Assembly (NCBI GenBank): GCA_964019335.1
Contig: OZ025683.1
Span: forward strand, 525,564 to 589,563
DNA: 64,000 bases
From: Diplonema japonicum
Taxonomy: Eukaryota > Protista > Euglenozoa: Diplonemea
Direction: 5' to 3'
Shown: positions 45,698 through 57,200 of the stretch, piece by piece
Numbering within the stretch: position 1 is the first letter of the stretch
Layout: each line of letters opens with the position of its first letter
Translations under genes and position numbers: made by a program
Notes under the pieces: model-generated
What the model was told of the DNA's origin: nothing
Seen by the model: the letters and a program-made list of their open reading frames with translations, nothing else
Database searches by the model: none

Positions 45698-46509
45698 TTA
45701 CGTTTCTTTGGGTTTCCTTTGTTGTAATCGAAAATGCGTGCATAACCTGTGGCAAAGATCTTGGGTTGGACTGATAAGATAGCCTTCCTTGTTTCTTGGG
45801 AAGGTACATACCTGATTGGTGTCTGGCCTGATCAAGTAGGGTGCCGACATATCAACGGTCCTTGCATTGCACTTCGCTTGGAACGTTGGTAGGGGCTGGG
45901 CTTGCCTGGCTTCCACAATGAAATTTTTGATAGCGGTGGTGCTGCGCTTGCGCAAACCCACCTTTCTTTTTTCCTGTCGCAGACACCGGCGGAGTCCCAT
46001 AGGGATAGATGGCGGCCAGGCTAGCCCGGCAGGAGGAGGCGCAGGCTCAGCAGCTTGCCAGCGAGGCCTTGCGCACGCAGCAGATCCTGCGCAAGATGAA
46101 AGATTTATTGAGGCTAGAAAGGGAGTCTTACCGAGACACGAGCTAGAGAGGTACGTCCAGTAAAAGGCGAGGAAATGAGCGGAGGACAAACTCAAGGAGG
46201 CTTGTTTTTCTTCCTGTTTAAAGAGAGGTGGACGACCAACAGCACAAGGACGACGCGGAATCAGGTTTTCTGTTAGCATACTGATCTTTCCAGTCTCAAA
46301 GCACTTGTTTCTGCTCGTACTAGACTTGTGCTGCTGTCCCGTAGGTCGTACTCACCAATTCTGGCTTTTTCGGTCTGAGAGCTTGGGTTTCCCAAGGGCA
46401 GGCTTGGCCTTTTTTGCAATGTGCGGGGCATTGATCTCCTGCACTTGATAAGGTGGCCGGAGTTGTCAGTACGCTTGCCAATCCAGTTAGTCAAAGTTCC
46501 CTGTTGCAT
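45698..46509 (-). pseudogene. Degenerate minus-strand intron-containing gene fragment, likely TE-derived
   Basis: Minus-strand GTATGC and GTATGT donors (near 46281 and 45811) and a TTTAAACAG acceptor (near 46214) link ORFs 46273-46509 and 45698-46279. Partial copy at 26391-26520. Confidence 0.4.
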
Positions 46510-46621
46510 TTTAAGTTGAAGATTGATAAGAGATAAGTGTTTGCAATGTGTTCAAAGTTACTAGGTACTGTCACTACCAGGCACTGTACTGTCCTGTGAA
46601 ATAAAATAACCACATTTGCTG

Positions 46622-46686
46622 AAAAAAGAACTTCCCTAGGTTTTGAACCCCTGCTGCGATGACACGTCTTGCATTAGGCCACGGAA
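46622..46686 (-). promoter_or_regulatory. tRNA-like element (A box, B box, oligo-T) divergent from U2
   Basis: Minus strand reads TTCCGTGGCCTAATGCAAGACGTGTCATCGCAGCAGGGGTTCAAAACCTAGGGAAGTTCTTTTTT: A-box-like TGGCCTAATG, B-box GGTTCAAAACC, TTCC/GGAA pairing ends and a T6 terminator. Too short for a real tRNA. Confidence 0.6.
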
Positions 46687-46950
46687 TGGATATGTTTCGT
46701 CTTCTTTCACAAACCGCTTAAATCCAACGTAAACCCAACTTCCGGTCCTTTGCTTTATTTGAATCGAGGTATTTAAGTGTGTGTGGTTTCTATTCCTCCC
46801 TTTTGTCCCCTGCACTTCTCCAACTCATAGTGGGTTCAATTCCAGTTGGTTCTTGTTCTCATGTTGTGGATCGTAGTGTCCCCCATGGTTAATGGGAAAA
46901 TAAAAGGAAAGGGTTTTTATTGTTTTGGTGTTGCCTTATTCTGAGAGGGC

Positions 46951-47142
46951 ATACCTTCTCGGCCTTTTGGCTAAGATCAAGTGTAGTATCTGTTCTTATC
47001 AGCTTAATATCTGATACAGCACCTCGTGTGCTGCGATATTAAACTAATTTGTCGTTGGGGGTGGCAGGTAGCTCAGGGCAACCTGAGTCTGTCCACAGGT
47101 GTTGCCCTGGAGCTGCACAACATCCAGGAGTGGCACACCCTA
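46951..47142 (+). ncRNA. U2: U2 spliceosomal snRNA
   Basis: ATACCTTCTCGGCCTTTTGGCTAAGATCAAGTGTAGTATCTGTTCTTATCAGCTTAATATCTGATA is the conserved U2 5' domain, including the GUAGUA branch-pairing site. Sm-like AATTTGTCG; 3' stem-loop CCTGGA-GCTGCACAACA-TCCAGG; about 190 nt; followed by a T-run. Confidence 0.97.
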
Positions 47143-47155
47143 CTTCTTCTTTTTT
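47143..47155 (+). terminator. Putative Pol III-type oligo-T terminator of U2
   Basis: CTTCTTCTTTTTT directly after the last U2 stem. Confidence 0.5.
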
Positions 47156-47334
47156 AAAATCCACTAACTCAAATGCATAATTCACGTGCAAGAGACGAGA
47201 AGAACGCACTTCACATCGCCGTAAAAGAGCAAAGCCGTTGTTAACTTGGTAAAACCGCACTTCGCATTTCCGCAATAGGTACACAGAGTGCGTCCTGTCC
47301 TCGAAATGGTGTTTCTCGCTACATTTCTCCGAGA

Positions 47335-47495
47335 ACCCCCTGAGATGTTTTAGTTTAAAAGTTGAATGCGTAACAATAACATGCTTTGCAGAGACGTGAC
47401 TAACAAAGCAGATCCTGTTAGGTGTTTTGTTATGACACACTGTAAAAAAACAAAGGATAGATATCAAAAGAAATATTAAGATAGAAAATGGTTAT
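47335..47495 (-). repeat. Diverged copy of 41005-41190 (5' end of the minus-strand piggyBac-like gene)
   Basis: Collinear shared blocks ACCCCCTGAGATG, CAGATCCTGTT(A)GGTGTTT and CACTGTxAAAAAA. Confidence 0.65.
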
Positions 47496-48281
47496 GGGAA
47501 GGCATGTTAAAACACATTATGTCCGTGCTTCTGCAACCTTGCCACAGCACAGATGTGGACGCAAAGAAGAAGGACCGTCTGGACTTTTTTAGGGCGAACC
47601 GACGGTCGGGCAAGGCCGCCGTTCATGCGCTAGCTGAGCGGGTCTGGAGGACAAACTCTCGCACACAAAACTAGCGACGGCCGGGGTCGTCGAAGCGGAG
47701 AGGGAGTGGACTCCAGAAGCCATGATACGAGTATGCAGGCTCGTACCCGGCGAGGAGCCTAAAACCGCGGAGGGGCTCGGGGATCACATGCGTTTTGTCC
47801 GGTTCGCCCTCATCCTCGACTTCGACAACACGTGGATCATGACCAAGCTTGACTTGGAAGGCTGGAAGGCGAAGGGGGACGTCGATAGACGACAGTACAC
47901 GCGGCCTGGAAATAGGGGAGCCTTAAAGGATCACTACTCCATGGCGACTGACTGGCTGTTCTTCTCGACGCTGCAATGGCACAACATCAGTTACTCCCGC
48001 CGTTTACCCGCGCTTGTGTTGTTCAAGCAATTTCTCAAGCTGCTTCTGAGCACCTATGCATCCAAGGGGAAAAGTCAGTCCTGGATGGTAGGCTCGAATC
48101 CAGATCCTGTGGTCTTTTCACTTTCGGAGGGCACAACACCGACCCCCCCCTTTTGGAAGAATAGAGAAAATCAGCCGGGATGTGTAGGCAGCATCCTGAA
48201 ACACCCAGCTTTGGGGGGGCAAGCGACGATGTGGAACTGGGTCGTTCCTGTGTGGGGATCGGAGGCGCAGTGTGCTGTGCT

Positions 48282-51200
48282 GATGTTCTGTCCTGGTTAG
48301 TCCGGTGTGCTCAGTGCAGGCTTGTCGCAAGACTCGTCGACACAGAGCTTGAAGAGGGATGAACCGGGCCAGGCTGGCCATCAGAGCAGCTCCTAGTTCC
48401 CGCAACGGACAGTTCCAGGATAGCAGAACTGAGCAGTGCCTGTGTCTCTGCCACTCAGACTACCTGAACCACATCGCCCATCTTTTTTGCTTGCTTGCTT
48501 TTTTATACGCGCATTTCAGTTCCGCGAAGTTGCGAATGTTGGGGACGCGCTGCCGAGAAGCGAGAAGACCGAGATCCACAGCGCCGTGGCGACAAGCGTG
48601 GCAAGCAGCACTGGAACAACCCGAAGCCGTAGGCAACGGAAGAACACGCAAGCCCAAACCTGAATGGGCAAGACAGGCCACGCAGACGATCTCACGAAGC
48701 CAGCTGACTGCACCAAAGGACAGACGGACTACCACACGGGGCAAGCAGTCTGCGACAAGAAGTCTGACAAGCCCCAGTCCCCAAAGACATTCCGGAGGCA
48801 GAAGTCTGCATCACGGGACAAGCGGGCTCTAGTCTCTAGAAAGACTCCAGCTGCAGCCGAGCCCCAGCAACAACCAAGGAGGGCGCTCGACGACAACGGA
48901 GAGGTACAGATCTCAACAACGGCCACTACCAAGCAGTTGCTAGGAAGATCATGCACACCTCCTCCGGACTGACGGTGGGCGTCGTACTTTCGTGCAAAGG
49001 AATTTTGCTACTTTGTTCTTTTTGGTCTTCGTTATGTCTATCTATGTATCAGTAATCCATCTTTCGATAGGTCTTGAAATCGAAGGGTGACATGCAGATT
49101 ACGCCTACGCTGGCGGTTTGTATTACGGTACAATAGCAATAGGCCAATTTTTGCTCGGTTCAGTTGTGGGGCAACTTGTATTGTAGGAGACTTCAAAATA
49201 CCAGGGAGGAGCGAGTGGCCGCGCCGGGGGGATGTACCTCGTGGTGAAGTAACTTCAGTGTGTCGTGAAATAATAACTATTTATATAACTCGAGCCGGGT
49301 TTTCAAGGGTGGGAGTGAAAATAATATTTTACATTATCTCACTCCCAGCTTTACTTTCACTGCGTGTGGGTGTTCGGCGGTGCAACCTGTTCGTTTCAAG
49401 GGTGGCGTGCTCAAGGGGACTCTGGAAACGGCATGGAGGGTGGTCAAGTTGCAGACCCGGGGGTGCAGACACCACCCGACACCGGGGAAGGAAGGGGTAG
49501 TGGGCATTGCGGCGGGAGCCGGCGCTACCAAGGTACACTACGTGAGTTCTTGGAGAGGTGCGACGCAAGGATAAGGGCCCCAGTGGGAAAGGTCAAGGAC
49601 CTGATCAAAGTGAAGGCGTGGGTGAGGGATGGAAGGAAGGTCACCCTCGACGTCTACGAGGGGAGGGGGCCCTGCGAGAAGGAGACGAGGCGCACTGTCC
49701 AGGACCATCTGCGGAAGATGGGTGTTGAAGAGGTCGACCTGCAGTCAGCGGTGGTGACGGTCCCGGGGTTGTTCGAGGACGTCTCCTTTGAGAGGTACCT
49801 TGGGCTGTTGGCCCGGAAGAAGGAGGAAGACAGGGAGAGGCGGCCTGAGGTGGTTGCCACGGACCTCCCCACCCTGGAAGAGCTGAAGTGGAGCAAGAAG
49901 GACAAGAAGCGGGCCCGGGCCCGATCGGCCAGATGTTCTGTCCTGGTTAGTCCGGTGTGCTCAGTGCAGGCTTGTCGCAAGACTCGTCGACACAGAGCTT
50001 GAAGAGGGATGAACCGGGCCAGGCTGGCCATCAGAGCAGCTCCTAGTTCCCGCAACGGACAGTTCCAGGATAGCAGAACTGAGCAGTGCCTGTGTCTCTG
50101 CCACTCAGACTACCTGAACCACATCGCCCATCTTTTTTGCTTGCTTGCTTTTTTATACGCGCATTTCAGTTCCGCGAAGTTGCGAATGTTGGGGACGCGC
50201 TGCCGAGAAGCGAGAAGACCGAGATCCACAGCGCCGTGGCGACAAGCGTGGCAAGCAGCACTGGAACAACCCGAAGCCGTAGGCAACGGAAGAACACGCA
50301 AGCCCAAACCTGAATGGGCAAGACAGGCCACGCAGACGATCTCACGAAGCCAGCTGACTGCACCAAAGGACAGACGGACTACCACACGGGGCAAGCAGTC
50401 TGCGACAAGAAGTCTGACAAGCCCCAGTCCCCAAAGACATTCCGGAGGCAGAAGTCTGCATCACGGGACAAGCGGGCTCTAGTCTCTAGAAAGACTCCAG
50501 CTGCAGCCGAGCCCCAGCAACAACCAAGGAGGGCGCTCGACGACAACGGAGAGGTACAGATCTCAACAACGGCCACTACCAAGCAGTTGCTAGGAAGATC
50601 ATGCACACCTCCTCCGGACTGACGGTGGGCGTCGTACTTTCGTGCAAAGGAATTTTGCTACTTTGTTCTTTTTGGTCTTCGTTATGTCTATCTATGTATC
50701 AGTAATCCATCTTTCGATAGGTCTTGAAATCGAAGGGTGACATGCAGATTACGCCTACGCTGGCGGTTTGTATTACGGTACAATAGCAATAGGCCAATTT
50801 TTGCTCGGTTCAGTTGTGGGGCAACTTGTATTGTAGGAGACTTCAAAATACCAGGGAGGAGCGAGTGGCCGCGCCGGGGGGATGTACCTCGTGGTGAAGT
50901 AACTTCAGTGTGTCGTGAAATAATAACTATTTATATAACTCGAGCCGGGTTTTCAAGGGTGGGAGTGAAAATAATATTTTACATTATCTCACTCCCAGCT
51001 TTACTTTCACTGCGTGTGGGTGTTCGGCGGTGCAACCTGTTCGTTTCAAGGGTGGCGTGCTCAAGGGGACTCTGGAAACGGCATGGAGGGTGGTCAAGTT
51101 GCAGACCCGGGGGTGCAGACACCACCCGACACCGGGGAAGGAAGGGGTAGTGGGCATTGCGGCGGGAGCCGGCGCTACCAAGGTACACTACGTGAGTTCT

Positions 51201-54200
51201 TGGAGAGGTGCGACGCAAGGATAAGGGCCCCAGTGGGAAAGGTCAAGGACCTGATCAAAGTGAAGGCGTGGGTGAGGGATGGAAGGAAGGTCACCCTCGA
51301 CGTCTACGAGGGGAGGGGGCCCTGCGAGAAGGAGACGAGGCGCACTGTCCAGGACCATCTGCGGAAGATGGGTGTTGAAGAGGTCGACCTGCAGTCAGCG
51401 GTGGTGACGGTCCCGGGGTTGTTCGAGGACGTCTCCTTTGAGAGGTACCTTGGGCTGTTGGCCCGGAAGAAGGAGGAAGACAGGGAGAGGCGGCCTGAGG
51501 TGGTTGCCACGGACCTCCCCACCCTGGAAGAGCTGAAGTGGAGCAAGAAGGACAAGAAGCGGGCCCGGGCCCGATCGGCCAGATGTTCTGTCCTGGTTAG
51601 TCCGGTGTGCTCAGTGCAGGCTTGTCGCAAGACTCGTCGACACAGAGCTTGAAGAGGGATGAACCGGGCCAGGCTGGCCATCAGAGCAGCTCCTAGTTCC
51701 CGCAACGGACAGTTCCAGGATAGCAGAACTGAGCAGTGCCTGTGTCTCTGCCACTCAGACTACCTGAACCACATCGCCCATCTTTTTTGCTTGCTTGCTT
51801 TTTTATACGCGCATTTCAGTTCCGCGAAGTTGCGAATGTTGGGGACGCGCTGCCGAGAAGCGAGAAGACCGAGATCCACAGCGCCGTGGCGACAAGCGTG
51901 GCAAGCAGCACTGGAACAACCCGAAGCCGTAGGCAACGGAAGAACACGCAAGCCCAAACCTGAATGGGCAAGACAGGCCACGCAGACGATCTCACGAAGC
52001 CAGCTGACTGCACCAAAGGACAGACGGACTACCACACGGGGCAAGCAGTCTGCGACAAGAAGTCTGACAAGCCCCAGTCCCCAAAGACATTCCGGAGGCA
52101 GAAGTCTGCATCACGGGACAAGCGGGCTCTAGTCTCTAGAAAGACTCCAGCTGCAGCCGAGCCCCAGCAACAACCAAGGAGGGCGCTCGACGACAACGGA
52201 GAGGTACAGATCTCAACAACGGCCACTACCAAGCAGTTGCTAGGAAGATCATGCACACCTCCTCCGGACTGACGGTGGGCGTCGTACTTTCGTGCAAAGG
52301 AATTTTGCTACTTTGTTCTTTTTGGTCTTCGTTATGTCTATCTATGTATCAGTAATCCATCTTTCGATAGGTCTTGAAATCGAAGGGTGACATGCAGATT
52401 ACGCCTACGCTGGCGGTTTGTATTACGGTACAATAGCAATAGGCCAATTTTTGCTCGGTTCAGTTGTGGGGCAACTTGTATTGTAGGAGACTTCAAAATA
52501 CCAGGGAGGAGCGAGTGGCCGCGCCGGGGGGATGTACCTCGTGGTGAAGTAACTTCAGTGTGTCGTGAAATAATAACTATTTATATAACTCGAGCCGGGT
52601 TTTCAAGGGTGGGAGTGAAAATAATATTTTACATTATCTCACTCCCAGCTTTACTTTCACTGCGTGTGGGTGTTCGGCGGTGCAACCTGTTCGTTTCAAG
52701 GGTGGCGTGCTCAAGGGGACTCTGGAAACGGCATGGAGGGTGGTCAAGTTGCAGACCCGGGGGTGCAGACACCACCCGACACCGGGGAAGGAAGGGGTAG
52801 TGGGCATTGCGGCGGGAGCCGGCGCTACCAAGGTACACTACGTGAGTTCTTGGAGAGGTGCGACGCAAGGATAAGGGCCCCAGTGGGAAAGGTCAAGGAC
52901 CTGATCAAAGTGAAGGCGTGGGTGAGGGATGGAAGGAAGGTCACCCTCGACGTCTACGAGGGGAGGGGGCCCTGCGAGAAGGAGACGAGGCGCACTGTCC
53001 AGGACCATCTGCGGAAGATGGGTGTTGAAGAGGTCGACCTGCAGTCAGCGGTGGTGACGGTCCCGGGGTTGTTCGAGGACGTCTCCTTTGAGAGGTACCT
53101 TGGGCTGTTGGCCCGGAAGAAGGAGGAAGACAGGGAGAGGCGGCCTGAGGTGGTTGCCACGGACCTCCCCACCCTGGAAGAGCTGAAGTGGAGCAAGAAG
53201 GACAAGAAGCGGGCCCGGGCCCGATCGGCCAGATGTTCTGTCCTGGTTAGTCCGGTGTGCTCAGTGCAGGCTTGTCGCAAGACTCGTCGACACAGAGCTT
53301 GAAGAGGGATGAACCGGGCCAGGCTGGCCATCAGAGCAGCTCCTAGTTCCCGCAACGGACAGTTCCAGGATAGCAGAACTGAGCAGTGCCTGTGTCTCTG
53401 CCACTCAGACTACCTGAACCACATCGCCCATCTTTTTTGCTTGCTTGCTTTTTTATACGCGCATTTCAGTTCCGCGAAGTTGCGAATGTTGGGGACGCGC
53501 TGCCGAGAAGCGAGAAGACCGAGATCCACAGCGCCGTGGCGACAAGCGTGGCAAGCAGCACTGGAACAACCCGAAGCCGTAGGCAACGGAAGAACACGCA
53601 AGCCCAAACCTGAATGGGCAAGACAGGCCACGCAGACGATCTCACGAAGCCAGCTGACTGCACCAAAGGACAGACGGACTACCACACGGGGCAAGCAGTC
53701 TGCGACAAGAAGTCTGACAAGCCCCAGTCCCCAAAGACATTCCGGAGGCAGAAGTCTGCATCACGGGACAAGCGGGCTCTAGTCTCTAGAAAGACTCCAG
53801 CTGCAGCCGAGCCCCAGCAACAACCAAGGAGGGCGCTCGACGACAACGGAGAGGTACAGATCTCAACAACGGCCACTACCAAGCAGTTGCTAGGAAGATC
53901 ATGCACACCTCCTCCGGACTGACGGTGGGCGTCGTACTTTCGTGCAAAGGAATTTTGCTACTTTGTTCTTTTTGGTCTTCGTTATGTCTATCTATGTATC
54001 AGTAATCCATCTTTCGATAGGTCTTGAAATCGAAGGGTGACATGCAGATTACGCCTACGCTGGCGGTTTGTATTACGGTACAATAGCAATAGGCCAATTT
54101 TTGCTCGGTTCAGTTGTGGGGCAACTTGTATTGTAGGAGACTTCAAAATACCAGGGAGGAGCGAGTGGCCGCGCCGGGGGGATGTACCTCGTGGTGAAGT

Positions 54201-57200
54201 AACTTCAGTGTGTCGTGAAATAATAACTATTTATATAACTCGAGCCGGGTTTTCAAGGGTGGGAGTGAAAATAATATTTTACATTATCTCACTCCCAGCT
54301 TTACTTTCACTGCGTGTGGGTGTTCGGCGGTGCAACCTGTTCGTTTCAAGGGTGGCGTGCTCAAGGGGACTCTGGAAACGGCATGGAGGGTGGTCAAGTT
54401 GCAGACCCGGGGGTGCAGACACCACCCGACACCGGGGAAGGAAGGGGTAGTGGGCATTGCGGCGGGAGCCGGCGCTACCAAGGTACACTACGTGAGTTCT
54501 TGGAGAGGTGCGACGCAAGGATAAGGGCCCCAGTGGGAAAGGTCAAGGACCTGATCAAAGTGAAGGCGTGGGTGAGGGATGGAAGGAAGGTCACCCTCGA
54601 CGTCTACGAGGGGAGGGGGCCCTGCGAGAAGGAGACGAGGCGCACTGTCCAGGACCATCTGCGGAAGATGGGTGTTGAAGAGGTCGACCTGCAGTCAGCG
54701 GTGGTGACGGTCCCGGGGTTGTTCGAGGACGTCTCCTTTGAGAGGTACCTTGGGCTGTTGGCCCGGAAGAAGGAGGAAGACAGGGAGAGGCGGCCTGAGG
54801 TGGTTGCCACGGACCTCCCCACCCTGGAAGAGCTGAAGTGGAGCAAGAAGGACAAGAAGCGGGCCCGGGCCCGATCGGCCAGATGTTCTGTCCTGGTTAG
54901 TCCGGTGTGCTCAGTGCAGGCTTGTCGCAAGACTCGTCGACACAGAGCTTGAAGAGGGATGAACCGGGCCAGGCTGGCCATCAGAGCAGCTCCTAGTTCC
55001 CGCAACGGACAGTTCCAGGATAGCAGAACTGAGCAGTGCCTGTGTCTCTGCCACTCAGACTACCTGAACCACATCGCCCATCTTTTTTGCTTGCTTGCTT
55101 TTTTATACGCGCATTTCAGTTCCGCGAAGTTGCGAATGTTGGGGACGCGCTGCCGAGAAGCGAGAAGACCGAGATCCACAGCGCCGTGGCGACAAGCGTG
55201 GCAAGCAGCACTGGAACAACCCGAAGCCGTAGGCAACGGAAGAACACGCAAGCCCAAACCTGAATGGGCAAGACAGGCCACGCAGACGATCTCACGAAGC
55301 CAGCTGACTGCACCAAAGGACAGACGGACTACCACACGGGGCAAGCAGTCTGCGACAAGAAGTCTGACAAGCCCCAGTCCCCAAAGACATTCCGGAGGCA
55401 GAAGTCTGCATCACGGGACAAGCGGGCTCTAGTCTCTAGAAAGACTCCAGCTGCAGCCGAGCCCCAGCAACAACCAAGGAGGGCGCTCGACGACAACGGA
55501 GAGGTACAGATCTCAACAACGGCCACTACCAAGCAGTTGCTAGGAAGATCATGCACACCTCCTCCGGACTGACGGTGGGCGTCGTACTTTCGTGCAAAGG
55601 AATTTTGCTACTTTGTTCTTTTTGGTCTTCGTTATGTCTATCTATGTATCAGTAATCCATCTTTCGATAGGTCTTGAAATCGAAGGGTGACATGCAGATT
55701 ACGCCTACGCTGGCGGTTTGTATTACGGTACAATAGCAATAGGCCAATTTTTGCTCGGTTCAGTTGTGGGGCAACTTGTATTGTAGGAGACTTCAAAATA
55801 CCAGGGAGGAGCGAGTGGCCGCGCCGGGGGGATGTACCTCGTGGTGAAGTAACTTCAGTGTGTCGTGAAATAATAACTATTTATATAACTCGAGCCGGGT
55901 TTTCAAGGGTGGGAGTGAAAATAATATTTTACATTATCTCACTCCCAGCTTTACTTTCACTGCGTGTGGGTGTTCGGCGGTGCAACCTGTTCGTTTCAAG
56001 GGTGGCGTGCTCAAGGGGACTCTGGAAACGGCATGGAGGGTGGTCAAGTTGCAGACCCGGGGGTGCAGACACCACCCGACACCGGGGAAGGAAGGGGTAG
56101 TGGGCATTGCGGCGGGAGCCGGCGCTACCAAGGTACACTACGTGAGTTCTTGGAGAGGTGCGACGCAAGGATAAGGGCCCCAGTGGGAAAGGTCAAGGAC
56201 CTGATCAAAGTGAAGGCGTGGGTGAGGGATGGAAGGAAGGTCACCCTCGACGTCTACGAGGGGAGGGGGCCCTGCGAGAAGGAGACGAGGCGCACTGTCC
56301 AGGACCATCTGCGGAAGATGGGTGTTGAAGAGGTCGACCTGCAGTCAGCGGTGGTGACGGTCCCGGGGTTGTTCGAGGACGTCTCCTTTGAGAGGTACCT
56401 TGGGCTGTTGGCCCGGAAGAAGGAGGAAGACAGGGAGAGGCGGCCTGAGGTGGTTGCCACGGACCTCCCCACCCTGGAAGAGCTGAAGTGGAGCAAGAAG
56501 GACAAGAAGCGGGCCCGGGCCCGATCGGCCAGATGTTCTGTCCTGGTTAGTCCGGTGTGCTCAGTGCAGGCTTGTCGCAAGACTCGTCGACACAGAGCTT
56601 GAAGAGGGATGAACCGGGCCAGGCTGGCCATCAGAGCAGCTCCTAGTTCCCGCAACGGACAGTTCCAGGATAGCAGAACTGAGCAGTGCCTGTGTCTCTG
56701 CCACTCAGACTACCTGAACCACATCGCCCATCTTTTTTGCTTGCTTGCTTTTTTATACGCGCATTTCAGTTCCGCGAAGTTGCGAATGTTGGGGACGCGC
56801 TGCCGAGAAGCGAGAAGACCGAGATCCACAGCGCCGTGGCGACAAGCGTGGCAAGCAGCACTGGAACAACCCGAAGCCGTAGGCAACGGAAGAACACGCA
56901 AGCCCAAACCTGAATGGGCAAGACAGGCCACGCAGACGATCTCACGAAGCCAGCTGACTGCACCAAAGGACAGACGGACTACCACACGGGGCAAGCAGTC
57001 TGCGACAAGAAGTCTGACAAGCCCCAGTCCCCAAAGACATTCCGGAGGCAGAAGTCTGCATCACGGGACAAGCGGGCTCTAGTCTCTAGAAAGACTCCAG
57101 CTGCAGCCGAGCCCCAGCAACAACCAAGGAGGGCGCTCGACGACAACGGAGAGGTACAGATCTCAACAACGGCCACTACCAAGCAGTTGCTAGGAAGATC

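Noticed and set aside
46632-46686. A functional tRNA gene
   Set aside because: Only about 55 nt with no proper anticodon arm; retained only as a tRNA-like promoter candidate.
41005-47495. LTR pair enclosing a 6.3-kb retroelement carrying U2
   Set aside because: The repeats are highly diverged, lack TG...CA ends and TSD, and are better explained as paralogous 5' ends of a minus-strand transposase gene.
47722-48300. 192-aa ORF as a real gene
   Set aside because: Composition changes midway and it has no recognisable motifs; it looks like joined fragments. It cannot be supported without expression data.
49118-49133. TTGTATTAC as a CRESS-virus rolling-circle origin
   Set aside because: It is an imperfect nonamer lying in the stem rather than the loop of a weak hairpin, and no HUH Rep motifs are present in the unit ORFs.
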